Below, piece by piece: positions 36,907 through 48,138 of a DNA stretch of 64,000 bases (position 1 is the first letter of the stretch; every line of letters starts with the position of its first letter). The notes under the pieces are model-generated. The model ran no database searches. It was not told the DNA's origin and saw nothing but the letters and a program-made list of their open reading frames with translations. Origin of the DNA: Raillietiella orientalis (lineage: Eukaryota); contig JAYWIR010000090.1 in assembly GCA_036172245.1 (NCBI GenBank), forward strand, positions 62,001 through 126,000. The letters are read 5' to 3'. The translations under genes and the position numbers were made by a program.

Positions 36907-39900
36907 AATGGTGGGTTTCCTTCTGTTTGGTCCCGGGCGTCGTCTTCTACCCTCTTCAGGATGAATCGGTATGTCCAGGCTTGGCTTTTCCCACAGTTTC
37001 TAATGCCGATTTCCCTCTTCAGGAGCCCTTATAGGATCTCCATCGGTGGTGCGACTCTTCTGGCTTTCCTCATTTTCCACCACCGCGCAAGTATGGCGGT
37101 GATGAAGAGGGCGATGGTCGTCCTCACCATGGGATTGTAACAAAGAACATCACCATCTCCCTGGAACATCCCGGCGAGGATCTCCATTAAGGGCCTGGTG
37201 GTGAGTCCGATGATCCATTTCAGGATCAGCCAGTCATGCAGCAATGTGGGACACGTAAAGACGTGAAGTCTCGTGTCGTTGTCTCCACATGCTGTGCAGT
37301 CTCGATCTTCCCGTCTTCCGGTGTAGTGCTGCAATCGGGACCCACTCTGGATTCCTCCATGATATAACATCTGGAGGTCCTCCCGGGTGCCCGGCGGAAG
37401 GTCACTCCTCCAGAGCGTCGTGCCAATCGCTAGCAGGTTGATCCGGTCACTCCCGCAGCGATCGGCGGCTTCCTGGAAGGGACTGATGTCACGGTCTTCT
37501 TCCCGAATTAATCTTCAGAGGTTTGTTTTGAATACCCTGGACCACGCAAAGTCATTGTGGTTGATCCAGACCTCGCGGGTGATGTGGGTAAAACTTGATA
37601 ACATCATCTCTATATACCTAAGTATACGAGTGTGATGTAGGTACCCTCCTCGTTTCCACTCCTGGATTCGTTGAAGGGTAACTCTGGACCGCTTGTGGAA
37701 CCAGTTTCTCGTGACAGGGAGCATCCAAGGAATCACCAGGATGGACTCGTCCTGCCAGAGTTCCCTACTTCTCGGCACGATCTTAATTTTGTGCTTTCGC
37801 ACCAGCCGTTGCTTCCTCGTCCAGGTTGGGTCGATGTTTTTCCATTCGCCTGCTCAGCCTAGCAGCGCAGTCATCAGGCCTTTCGAGTAGTTCAACGACA
37901 ACGCGGAGGACCTGTGCGTTGCATACGGCCAGTCATCATAGTGAGTGGTAATGTCTAGGATTTTTGCTTATCTATGATTTCTATGGAGTGTGCAAGCGAC
38001 TTCATCCCGGAACCGCCTTCTTCCCTGGGACGACACAGGGGTTTCAGTCTTACTCTTGGACGATAGTGGCCCCAGAGTGTTTTTCTTTGCAGCTTGTCGA
38101 ACTCCCTCGTGGTGTACTTGTTCATCTTCGCAAAGCCCGCCCCGGAAAGAACTTTTAAAAGGAGTACTCCGTTCCATATGTTGGCCTTTCGCTTCATTCC
38201 AAGGTCCGTTCGGGTGTACTTGGCTGCTTCCTTGGCCGTTTTCCCTAGGATCTCGGTCCACAGTAGCTTCGACGCGGAGACGTCGCCAATGTAGACACCC
38301 GGGTAATTGGCCTTGTTCACCGTCCGGAATCCTGTCCTCGTTTGAGCTGAGAGATCGAGGATTCCAACGGGCAAGAGCTGGCTTTTCTGGGCGTTGATCT
38401 CTAGACCAAGGCCTTGATCCATCAGGTCTACCACATCCAGAAACGCCCGTTGATTTCTATCTCCCTTGATAAAGAAGAGTAGATCATCAGCGTATGCCAG
38501 ATGGGTAAGACGCTGGCCATCGATTGCTATGCCTTGGAGTCATCCGCTCTTCTCGATAATGGACGACAACGCCTCCATGTAGATGACGAACAGCATCGGA
38601 CTTAGCGAATCGCCCTGCCGGACTCCCCGTTCCATCCGGATTGCTGCCGTCTTCTGGCCGTTTATTTTGATTCGGCAGTACTGGTTCTAGAGCACCACCC
38701 TCACGAAGTTGCTGAAGTGTTCCGGAAGGGCTAGCTTCTCCAGAACCTTCAGCAGCATCCCATGGTCGATGGAGTCGAAAGCCTTCTCCATGTCAGTGAA
38801 CACCAGCACCAGATTCTCGCCGACGTATCGGCTGAGTCCGACGGTGGCCTGGGCACACTTGACATTGTCCGACATGTGACGTCCAGGAACTGCACACGTT
38901 TGGACCGGAGAGATGAGCTTCGACATGACCCTGCCTAAGCGGTTGGACCAGATCTTCGCCAACCACTTGGCATCGGAGTTCAGGATTGCGATTGGCCTTT
39001 ATTGAGCGATCTGGGTTGGGTCGCCTCCTTTCGGCAACAATCTCATCCTCCTCTCGTAGAAGGATTCAGGTAGTCTGCCTTCTTCACGGATGCAGAGGGT
39101 TAACTGGTGGAACAAGGGCATGTAGGCATACAGGTACCGACGATAGTGCGTGATGGGTACACTGTCAGGGTCCTCCGCCACATCCTGCGCAGTTTTTCAG
39201 AAGCAGTCTTGACCTCGTCTTCGGAGAATTCCTTCTCCAGTCAGTTCCGCTGGATGTCGTCGGTCCTCTTCTCGAGGTAGCTCAGAAAGGCCTGTTGACT
39301 AAAGCGACAGAGATGTTGTCGCCTAAAGTGTTTCGTGTAATGCCTTTGAAAGGCATTCACGATGTCCTCAGACGACTGTCGCTTTTGACCGTCGTACTGG
39401 ATGCAGAAGATATCTGTTGCCAGATTTCTCTTCTCCAGCACACCGACTTCCCCTTTTATGTTCTTGAAGACGTACCGACTCTCGTACTGATCGAAGTACT
39501 TTGAGAGTGAGCGGTCTTGGATGTTTAGCTCCCGGTACGCCTCCTGCCTCAAGCGCCTATCCTCGAATTGCATATTTGCAAACAGGAGTATCCTGTGTTT
39601 CAAGCTGTACCAGTCGGTGACTCTTCTGATTTTTGTGGTTCTCAGAATCGTCTCCAGGACCTCCTGATGTCCAGGATGTGTCTCGAACCAGGAGGACATG
39701 CTGATAAGCGCCGCCCTGGTGCCTTGCCTCCGCCAAGGATTCTCCGTTCTTAGGGAAAACCGCACCAGGGGGTGATCGGATACCGTGGTCATAATGTCTC
39801 GAAAACCCTGAATGCGATTCCCAAGTTCGGTGCTGTGCAGGACGTGATCGATCGGCTTGTGACTTGCAGTTCGCCACACCAGTCCGAACTCGTCGGATAA

Positions 39901-40413
39901 CCGCCGATACGCCGTCCTTCCTCTGGCGTCTTGTGAGTGAGTGATCTCATCCAATATGTTGAGATCGCCAGCAACAATCACGACGTCCTTGGGGGCAAAC
40001 TTTTTAAGGAGTGCTCCATGCAGCGCCTCCACACAACGATGTTTCAGGCTGTGCGGCCCGTACACGTTCAGCAGGATGAGGTGAACAGTAGCGGACCAGG
40101 CCAATCGCACGCCGATGATTCGTCCGGGTTGGGGACAGAACACTTCCAGAATACTGGGGGCCAAGTTGTTCTTCTTAAGGACCGCCACGCCCTGCATGTT
40201 CCGTTCTCTCTCGCTGACGAACATCTGCCCGTTGAATCGCCGTTTTATTTGCTGACTAATCTCTAGACCCATCTTGTGGGTCTCCTGCAAACACACTATG
40301 TCTTGTTGTGCGATGGTCCGCACAATCCTTTTTCTTTTTCCCTGGTCGACCATACCGTTTACATTCCAGGAGGCGATGTTCAGCCTCCTGGCGGTCGATA
40401 GGGAAGGGGCCAT
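36907..40413 (-). pseudogene. A2 ORF2 (APE-RT-CCHC), disrupted
   Basis: ORFs 39241..40518, 38687..38962, 37955..38434, 37515..37802, 37029..37370. Confidence 0.9.
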
Positions 40414-40426
40414 AAAAGGGAAAGAC

Positions 40427-42265
40427 CTATTTCTTGGCCTTCCTGAGCTTTGTCTGTCTGAGAGAGCGTGCTCTTCCAGACAATGAAGAAGCAGCGGGCT
40501 TCTCGCTGCCGGCGTCACTCTCTGTTCCGGTGAGGTCGGTTACTTCCGCCTCCTCCGTCGAGTGTTCGGCCTGCGCGATCAGTTTTCGAAATAACGTCTC
40601 TATCTCTAACTTGGCGTAGAAGTGCGCCTTTACGTCGAGAAGCTGTTTCTCTAGCTTCTCGCGCTCGGTGACCTCCACAACCTGGTTGACCTTCTCCTGT
40701 GCATTGCAGATCTTCTGCAAGATTTTCTCTTGCTGATGACCGCTTTGCACCTCTAGGACTTCATTAGCCAGTGATGCCAGCTCCTCCGTAGATTGCAGTG
40801 CCTCCTGGGACACCGAAGTGGCTCCGGCTATTTCTTCTTCCGCGCCTTCCTGCGCTTTTTCCATCTTCTCGCCTTCTTGCTCTTCACCTTCCTGGATAAG
40901 AGGGGTTTCTTGCTCCTTGACGAGCATCCTCCTCTTTCCTTTCTTCTTTACCTGTATGAAGCCGTCTTTCTATACCAGGACGGCTTCTTCCACCTTGTTC
41001 GGCCTTCCTGCCTTCTGAGGCTGTTCCGCCTCCTTGGTGTTTCTCTCTCTCACGGGAGAGAGACCTCGAATCCTTCTGCAGTTTGCAAACTCCGGACAGC
41101 TCCATTTGGCATGTCCGTGTTTCTTGCAGAAGGAGCACACCTCCGGCTGCGGGCAGTTTCGGACTTGATGTCCTACTTTTCCGCAGCGGAAACAACGACA
41201 CGTTGGGCAAGCGTTGGCCCTGTGGCCGAACTGCTTGCACCCGGTGCAGAATATCGGCTGTAGCCGGTAACGCGCTTTCACTCCCTGGGATTGTTTGTCA
41301 AGAACGGCTAATCCAGGGATCACAGCTCCCTCTTTCATCTTTATTTTGGCGATTAAGTCGCCAGAAAATATATTTGCAGAGAAGTTCTGGAATTCAAGGT
41401 CCAGAACTTCCCCATACTGGTCCGAAAAGTACCACACCGTTAGTTGCGGTGTGAGGATTTAGATGCCTTTCAGAAAGACGGTTGTGTATGGCATTTCGCC
41501 AATACCACAAACCATCCTCCCTTGTATATTGATCCCCTTCTGGATCAAACGCTCTCTAATATTTTTACAGTCTGTGAAGACTGTGAACCCTTTATTTGCC
41601 GGTATGATCGCCTGTATGCTATCAAAATTGATATCCGTTTTATCGAGGGACAGATACACCTCCCTGATATTATTAAATTTGATCAGCCCTGTCTTGAAAA
41701 TGATGGGCTTCATATTCGGCCCTAATTCCGCGATTTGCGGATCCACCTTTTGGACTTTGCCGCATAGCGGCTTCCCGAATTTTCTTGGTGGGTGGACACT
41801 CGCTTGTCCAGCCGCCACCGACGCATAGGACAAGGGCTGCGCCGCCGCAGCCGAACAAGATGGCGTCTCGCCCTGCACCGCGTGGACGCCCGCGGGTCCT
41901 GCCTGGGACGCCGCCGCCGCGAGCGCAACCCTCGACGTCGCCACCGCTGCTGCCGCGGGCGGCACCCTCGGCATCGCCGCCGCAGGCGCGACCTTCCCCA
42001 CCGCGGACACGATCCTCGGCGTCGCCGCCGCGGGTAAGAACTCCGCCGTCTTCACCGCGGGCACGACCCTTGGCATCGCCGTCGCCGGCGCAGCAAAGCC
42101 CGCCGCGGGCGCGATCCTCGGCATGCCTGCCACCGCCTCGCCGTTGCCGCACGTTACCTCCATGGCTTCGTTGAGGGATGACGGTCTCTCCATTCCTCCT
42201 CTAGGTGCCTGCATCCTAGAAGCTGGTCTTGATGCACGGGGCCACTGCAGGTCTTTCGTTGCCAT
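40427..42265 (-). pseudogene. A2 ORF1 (Ala-rich N-terminus, 3 zinc knuckles), frameshifted
   Basis: MATKDLQWP at 42265 within ORF 41459..43120; knuckles in 40970..41437; C-terminus in 40427..40927. Confidence 0.85.
41900..42140 (-). repeat. Degenerate GC-rich coding repeat (M/T)PR(I/V)xPAA, about 5 units, in A ORF1
   Basis: MPRIAPAA, MPRVVPAV, TPRIVSAV, MPRVPPAA, TSRVALAA. Confidence 0.7.
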
Positions 42266-42380
42266 CTCCTTGGCGCTTCTTTTGTTGTTTCGTCGGGAAA
42301 CCTCCCCTCTCCGGGCACACACTAGCACAATTAACTGATTAAGTTGTCGTGCGCACAATACTTTGAGCCGCGAAGCAAGT

Positions 42381-43863
42381 TCACCGACTCGGCAGGAGAG
42401 TAGCAATCTCCCGACCGTCAAGAAGGTGACTCCGTTGCCGCCTTTCAAAAGATTAGCGAAAGCAACGCCCCTAGAGAACGTAGCGAAAATCCCGGAGGTT
42501 TCCGCAACTACTGTCGCGGAAGGCTCCGAAAATCGTGAAGGCGAATGGAAGGTTGTGGAGGGGAGGAAAGAAAAATCTCCAAAAAAAGCTTCGCAACATC
42601 CTTCCCTAAGCTCTTCCAAAGGAAAAAGCAGTTGCGCCAATACGAAAACACTCGCGGCTTGTGCCATTTCCCAGGAAAAAGCCAGCGCCTTCAACGCGTG
42701 CAAGTCCGCTTCTGTGACCGCCGAAAAGACCATTCCGGTGTAATCGGACGGATGCAAGCGCACGTCGATCGTGCGAGCATCAGACTCCGAAAAGGAGTCC
42801 GATAGCGCCGCTGAACGACGCGTTACTCGCGCGGGAGCGAGCGCCCGCAGGTCTGAAGTTCTGAGGCGTGACACACTCGCCCCGGAACATCGAGTGCTCA
42901 CCACGGAGCCCACAGGTTCTGCACCCAGGGAGGAGCACTCTATTACGTGCAGCACAGTTGAGGCCGGTGGCGACTGCGCCCTCCAGCCCGTCGTGCTACT
43001 TACTGCCCGCTCGCCGGGTGAGGCGAACACCACGGCCTCGCTTTCCCAGCCGTGATGAGGGCAATCGCGTGTTCTCGTCGTGTTGCCGTAACGTCTTGGA
43101 ACGTCAACGGGCTCCAACACGAGGAGAAGAGGCGACTAGTGGCTGACGCTCTGCGCGCCTTCGACTTGACGCTCCTGCAGGAGATTCACAGCATCTCTGG
43201 AGAGCAGGCTGCCGAAATCGAACGGCGCGCAGGCGGAACGCTACTTTATAGGTACGGCGCTGCACGTACGTGCGGCGTCGCTTTCCTCGTGCGAGGAACT
43301 TTGGCGGGAGCGGTGCGCAGCGTTCGTTTCGACACGGAAGGCCGAGTGGGACAGCTTGTACTCAAGTGGTCCGACTCGACCGACCTTGTCGTAACCAACG
43401 TGTACGCGCCGAGCGGTGCTGGACGATGGGCCGAAAGGGTTGAGTTCTTCGGTACCGTTCAGAGCCAGTGGCTCACTCGTTCTCACCCTACTGTGGCGCA
43501 TCTCATTGCGGGGGACTTTTACGTCCAGCTGCTGACCGGGAATAGCTCCAACAAAAGGGAAAAGTTGCTAGCGGAAGAGATGTGCGCTACCGTGCACGCG
43601 TGCAACTTGTTCGCTAGCGACCCTGTTATGGCAGCAACGCCGGACAACGTATACCTTGATGAGCACTTGCTCTTTCGAGTGGGTCGGAGAGGTCCCGTGC
43701 CGTCTGTGCTTTCAGACCACAACAGGCTCGAGTTCGAGTTGCTCCCGCCAGGCAAGGGGCCTCCAAACTGTTTTTGGAGGATGCTGGCAGACTGGCTATG
43801 CCATCCGTAGGTGGTCGAGCATCTTCGTCAGTACCTCCTCGGCTTTGTTATAAGTGAGCTCGA
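42381..43863 (+). mobile_element. E2 continuation (ORF1 C-terminus, ORF2 APE), interrupted by H
   Basis: TGATG overlap at 43053-43057; APE ORF 43052..43810 (WNVNG, LQE, NVYAP, SDH). Confidence 0.92.
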
Positions 43864-46800
43864 TTTTCACCCGGTTGCGCCGGGGCGTTCATTCGTTGGA
43901 ATAAAACAAACGTTGGTGGCTGACCAGGTGATGCGGCCACGCACTGGTATACAAAATTAAGCCTGCCGGGTCACCGGTTGGTATTCCGGCACGGTCCATC
44001 GCGATAGCAGAGGGGCCAAGGACAAAACAAAAAGAAAACAAAAAAAAAGAAATATATGAAATTAAGATCTGGGAAGCACGGGAAGGGATCACAGTCTGCT
44101 GTCTGGCCGTTACATCCTTTGCAGGATGCCGTCAAGCTGTTTTTGGATTTTTGAATCCAGATGGGTCCATCCTGTCGCCGTCCGCATAAATTCGGCTGCG
44201 CACTGGACGGCACCCTTATCGCGAGGTCCTCCCGTTGCTTTGCTCCATGCAGCGACGATCCTGCGAAAGCAGCAGAGAGCTTCTAACGCGGCCGAGGGCC
44301 GAAGGGCGTCGCAAACGAAGAGGGATCTGATTGCGTCTCTGGGGTTGCCACAGGGGTTACCGATTGCCGCGGCGAAAAGGTTCCAAAGGGGCCGAAGAGC
44401 CACACAATCTAAAAGGAGGTGAGTGAGGGACTCCCGTTCTCCACACCTCGCACAATTAGGGCTCACCGCTCCCTAGGTCCAAAGGTGTTGGCGGGCGTTG
44501 CAGGGGAATCCCCAATGCAGCAACAATAGCGCCGACTCCTGCCATTTTAAGGGGAGGATGGAGGTGTTCATCAGCACCGGGGGCCACTTAAATTGTTCCC
44601 GCGGAACATTAAGCAGCTCGCCCCAGCGCAAAAGTCCAATAGGGGTGGTAGTCCGGGCCGCGGTATCGCAGAGAATTCCCGTTTTCCATTCCCCGATCTT
44701 TTTCTCCGTACCGGAGATTTTGATGTAAACATCCCATTTCGCAGCATTGTTGCTGTTCAAATGTTCCGCGAGCGGAAACAGCATTGCAGCGAGGGGAGTT
44801 TTTTTTGCCCACGCTCGTTTTTGGGGGTTCTCCAGGACCCCCCGGAGCGTCAGGCGGTCATTACGGGCGAAGAATTGTTTCTGCCCTCCTTGGGTGCGTT
44901 GCTGGTTGCTCCTTGCCCACGTCTGAACCGTTTCCTGCAGCCATGTAGGTCCGTTAACGGGGAGACAGCAGAGCCATCCCGCGTTCTTCCTCATCAGGTC
45001 AGTCACTCTCTGCAGCTGCAACCCGCAGTGACCGACTTGGCGGCGACGACTGAACGCAAGGAAGGATGACAGTCCCACCTTGCCTGTAGCCTGCTCGACA
45101 AGGAGACGTGCGAAATCGCACCAACTGCTGATCCAATACTTCGCCACTAGGGCGAGTAGTCGAAACTGGAGCTGGAGCTCCAGCCGCTTCAGCGTTAGGA
45201 GGCCGAGACGGCCGTCCTGACGCGGAGCGCTCAAGTCCTCAAGCCGGACTCGGGCCTTCCCATTACCCTACAGGGCAATCCTTAGGAGGTCCTTCGTCCG
45301 CTTTTCAGTCTCTATGGTGGGGGGACACACAAAAAGCAGGGAACGGAGAAGGGGCGCCGCGGATGCGTTCCACACCGCGGCCCGTTCCGGCAGGAAAAAC
45401 CTGCGGCCTTGGAACGGGCCGATCGCCGTCTCTACCTTTTGAAGGCAGCTGGACCACGCATCCAAAGGGAGATAATCACCCATCGGTAAATCTAGGTACT
45501 TGAAGTACCGTACCGTGGGGATCCCCAAACGGACCCAGTCCGGCTGCCCTGCCCACGCCGCACCGATTCGCATGACGGACGACTTCGCCCTGTTCACCTC
45601 AAGCCCGGTTCCCCGACTTAGCAGGTCGAAGAACTCCTCGACCGCCGATGCCGGGGTGGACATAGTTAGCAGCAGCAGTAGGTCGTCCGCATATGCTGAC
45701 ACCGCAAGCGTACCGGGATAGTCGCGCGGCAGGTGCTCAAGAGTTTCCCTGTACGCTCTCAGTACCAACTCGAAGTAGGTATTGAAGAGCAAGGGACTCA
45801 GTCTGTCTCCCTGCCGTATGCCGCGTCGCACCGGTACGCCGTGCACGGTGTGTCCACTGAAAAAGATCTGGATGAGCGCGTCGCGCCAGCAGGATCGCAG
45901 GTAGGTCAGCAAAGAGACCGGGAAGCCCAAGCGTTCCAGGAGCTCCAGGAGGAGCCTCTGGTCGACACAGTCGAATGCTTTATGCAAATCGACTGCCACT
46001 GCGATGGCTCCCTCCCCCCCCAACCATCCCGTTTTCTAGCGGCGCACATTCCGGAAGTCCGGTTGCCCATCCTGACTTTTTCCTGTGGGAGCGCGAAAAA
46101 CGTGCTGGCGAGGAACAGGTTGGCATCCATGCTCCTCCCGGGAACAGCATGTGTCTGCTCCGGGCTAATAAAGCTTTCCGCTAACCACCCCAGGCATTCA
46201 GCCCACAATTTCGCCAGCAACTTGGCGTCCGCGTTTATCACGGTAATCGGCCGCCAGTTGCTCATGCTCCGAAGGTCTCCTTTCTTAGGGAGGAGACGCA
46301 CCTTTGCCGAACGAAACGAGGCGGGGACGTCGCCCGTTTCGCGGATCAGCAAGGTGAGTTTCTTCACCAGAGGAGTAAGCTCTGCCGCGAAATATTGAAA
46401 AAATTCCGCTGGCAGGCCGTCCTCCTCTGGAGCCTTCCGCCTCTTGAGCTTTCCGATGGCCGAGATGATCTCGCCCATCGCGAAAGGCTCGTCGAGGGTC
46501 TTTCTATCTTCCTCTCCGAACGCCGAAGCGCCTTCCGGAAGAAGAAGTCGCGAGACATCCCGTTCCGGTTTAGCGCGCGCGTACAGGGAGGAATAGAATT
46601 TTTTTAATAAGCCTTTTACCTGGGCGGGGGCCGAGTGCTCCGAACCCTGGTCGTCCAGTAAGCTGGTCGACCCGGATTGCCACGCCTGCCTCTCGGCTCG
46701 CGCACGGTATTTGGCTAGCCTGCGTACGTCTGGTGTTGGCGCGTAACATCGAGATTGTAAATACCATCTCTCGTTACGCACGCTTTCACCAAACCCGGCA

Positions 46801-48138
46801 GGCAGGAGGTTCATAGGGAACTCGTCGCAAAATTTCCGGACCGAGCGCTTGAAGCGGTTCCAGCCCTGAAGCGTCTGCAAGCTGAAACCTCGTATGAATC
46901 CGCGGAGATGCTCCGCGGCTTCCGGAAGTTTCAGTCAGTCCCCCGGTAGGCGCCACGCAAATGACGGTGGACCCCTATCGCGTGGGCGCACCTCGAGTAC
47001 GATCCGGTCATGGTCCGACAGTTCCGACGGCAACTTGCCGAGCCTGCCCACGCGTGAGCATAGGTGCTGGTCAAGAAACACGTGATCTATGCTGTCGGCC
47101 AGTTCCGGATCTCCCGCGAACAAGTTGCGCGTGTGCATCTCTGCGCACAGTTCGTTCACGCGGTCCCGAAGTGTGTCGGACGCACCTGACAGCAGGCGCA
47201 GGTTAAAGTCACCTGCGATTAGGTGGCGCTTTGCGCAATCTTGCTTCGTCCAGATATTCGCGCCTCAGGGTAAGGAAGAAATCTCTCCTTGCCTTTGCCC
47301 TTAGCGCGTCGCTGCCGCTTGGGGCGTACACGTTGGTAATGACCAGATCGATGGAGTCGGACCACCTGATGGTCAACTGCCCGACGCGACCGGCACTATC
47401 GAACCGTACGCCCTTTGCCGCAGCCTCGACAGCTGGACGAAGCAGGAACGCGACACTGCAAGATTTAACGGTGCCGCAACGCCACAGCAGCCGTCCACCC
47501 GAGATACGCTTGATCACCGTTGCTTGATCTGCGGAGATCACGTGGATCTCTTGCAGCAGCACCAGGTCGAACGATGCCATGGTGGAGGCCACGTCTCGTC
47601 TCTTGCCGTCGTCGCTTAGCCCGTTGACGTTCCAACAGGCAATTCGCAGACGGCGGCAAGAGGCGATTCTCGGCATTAAGGCTGGGAACGTGGCGTTGCA
47701 GCACCTGTCAACGGACAGGTGGGAGAAACGAGTAAGGGGACCGCGGCTATCTCAGGCACTTGAAGCACCTGGAGCACAGACTCTACCCTTTCCCTCCCTC
47801 CGGGGTCGTAGCGTGAGGTTACTTCTCGAGGAGAGTCCCCGGAGTTCCCCACTTTATTGGCACGCTCGCTTCCCTCAACTATCACTCCCTTTTCCACGGA
47901 CGGGATAATTTTGCGGGTAGCCTTCTTCGTGAGATTGGCCTTCTGACGGGAGGCCGCGATGCCGCAGGCTGTGTTTTCCGCCTCTGCGTCAGAGTTCGGA
48001 ATCTCCGACTTCTTGATCGAGGTCGGACGCCTTAAGGCCTTTTTCGCGAATTTAAGGGGACCCTGCAAGGACGCAGCGAGCTCCTCCGCTGCTCGCTCAA
48101 AGGCGACGTCGTGGGGAATGCGCTCGACGACAACGGCC
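43864..48138 (-). mobile_element. LINE copy H (end of ORF1, all of ORF2, 3' UTR), antisense in E2; interrupted in ORF1 by I
   Basis: ORF2 starts 47676 (TAATG); pieces 47209..47676, 45906..46880, 45268..46023 (YADD), 44473..45234, 44110..44466; ends AATGAACGCCCCGGCGCAACCGGGTGAAAA. Confidence 0.92.

Larger units (their letters stand above)
35396..41324 (-). repeat. Older inverted duplicate of 1-5940 (A nested in E)
   Basis: Same A/E junction and shared stops, with many substitutions between the copies. Confidence 0.85.
36768..42380 (-). mobile_element. LINE family A, copy A2, full length (about 5.6 kb), antisense in E2 ORF1
   Basis: 16-bp TSD TC(G/A)CCGACTCGGCAGG at 36752-36767 and 42381-42396; ORF1 about 42265..40427, ORF2 40413..about 36907. 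Confidence 0.95.

Noticed and set aside
42360..42380. A 5' end ACTTGCTTCGCGGC resembling a U2/U6 snRNA start
   Set aside because: The match is short and imperfect and does not extend.
41459..43120. 553-aa minus-strand ORF as one gene
   Set aside because: It reads across the A2 5' junction (42380). Only the part from about 42265 is A ORF1; the rest is antisense E ORF1 and UTR.
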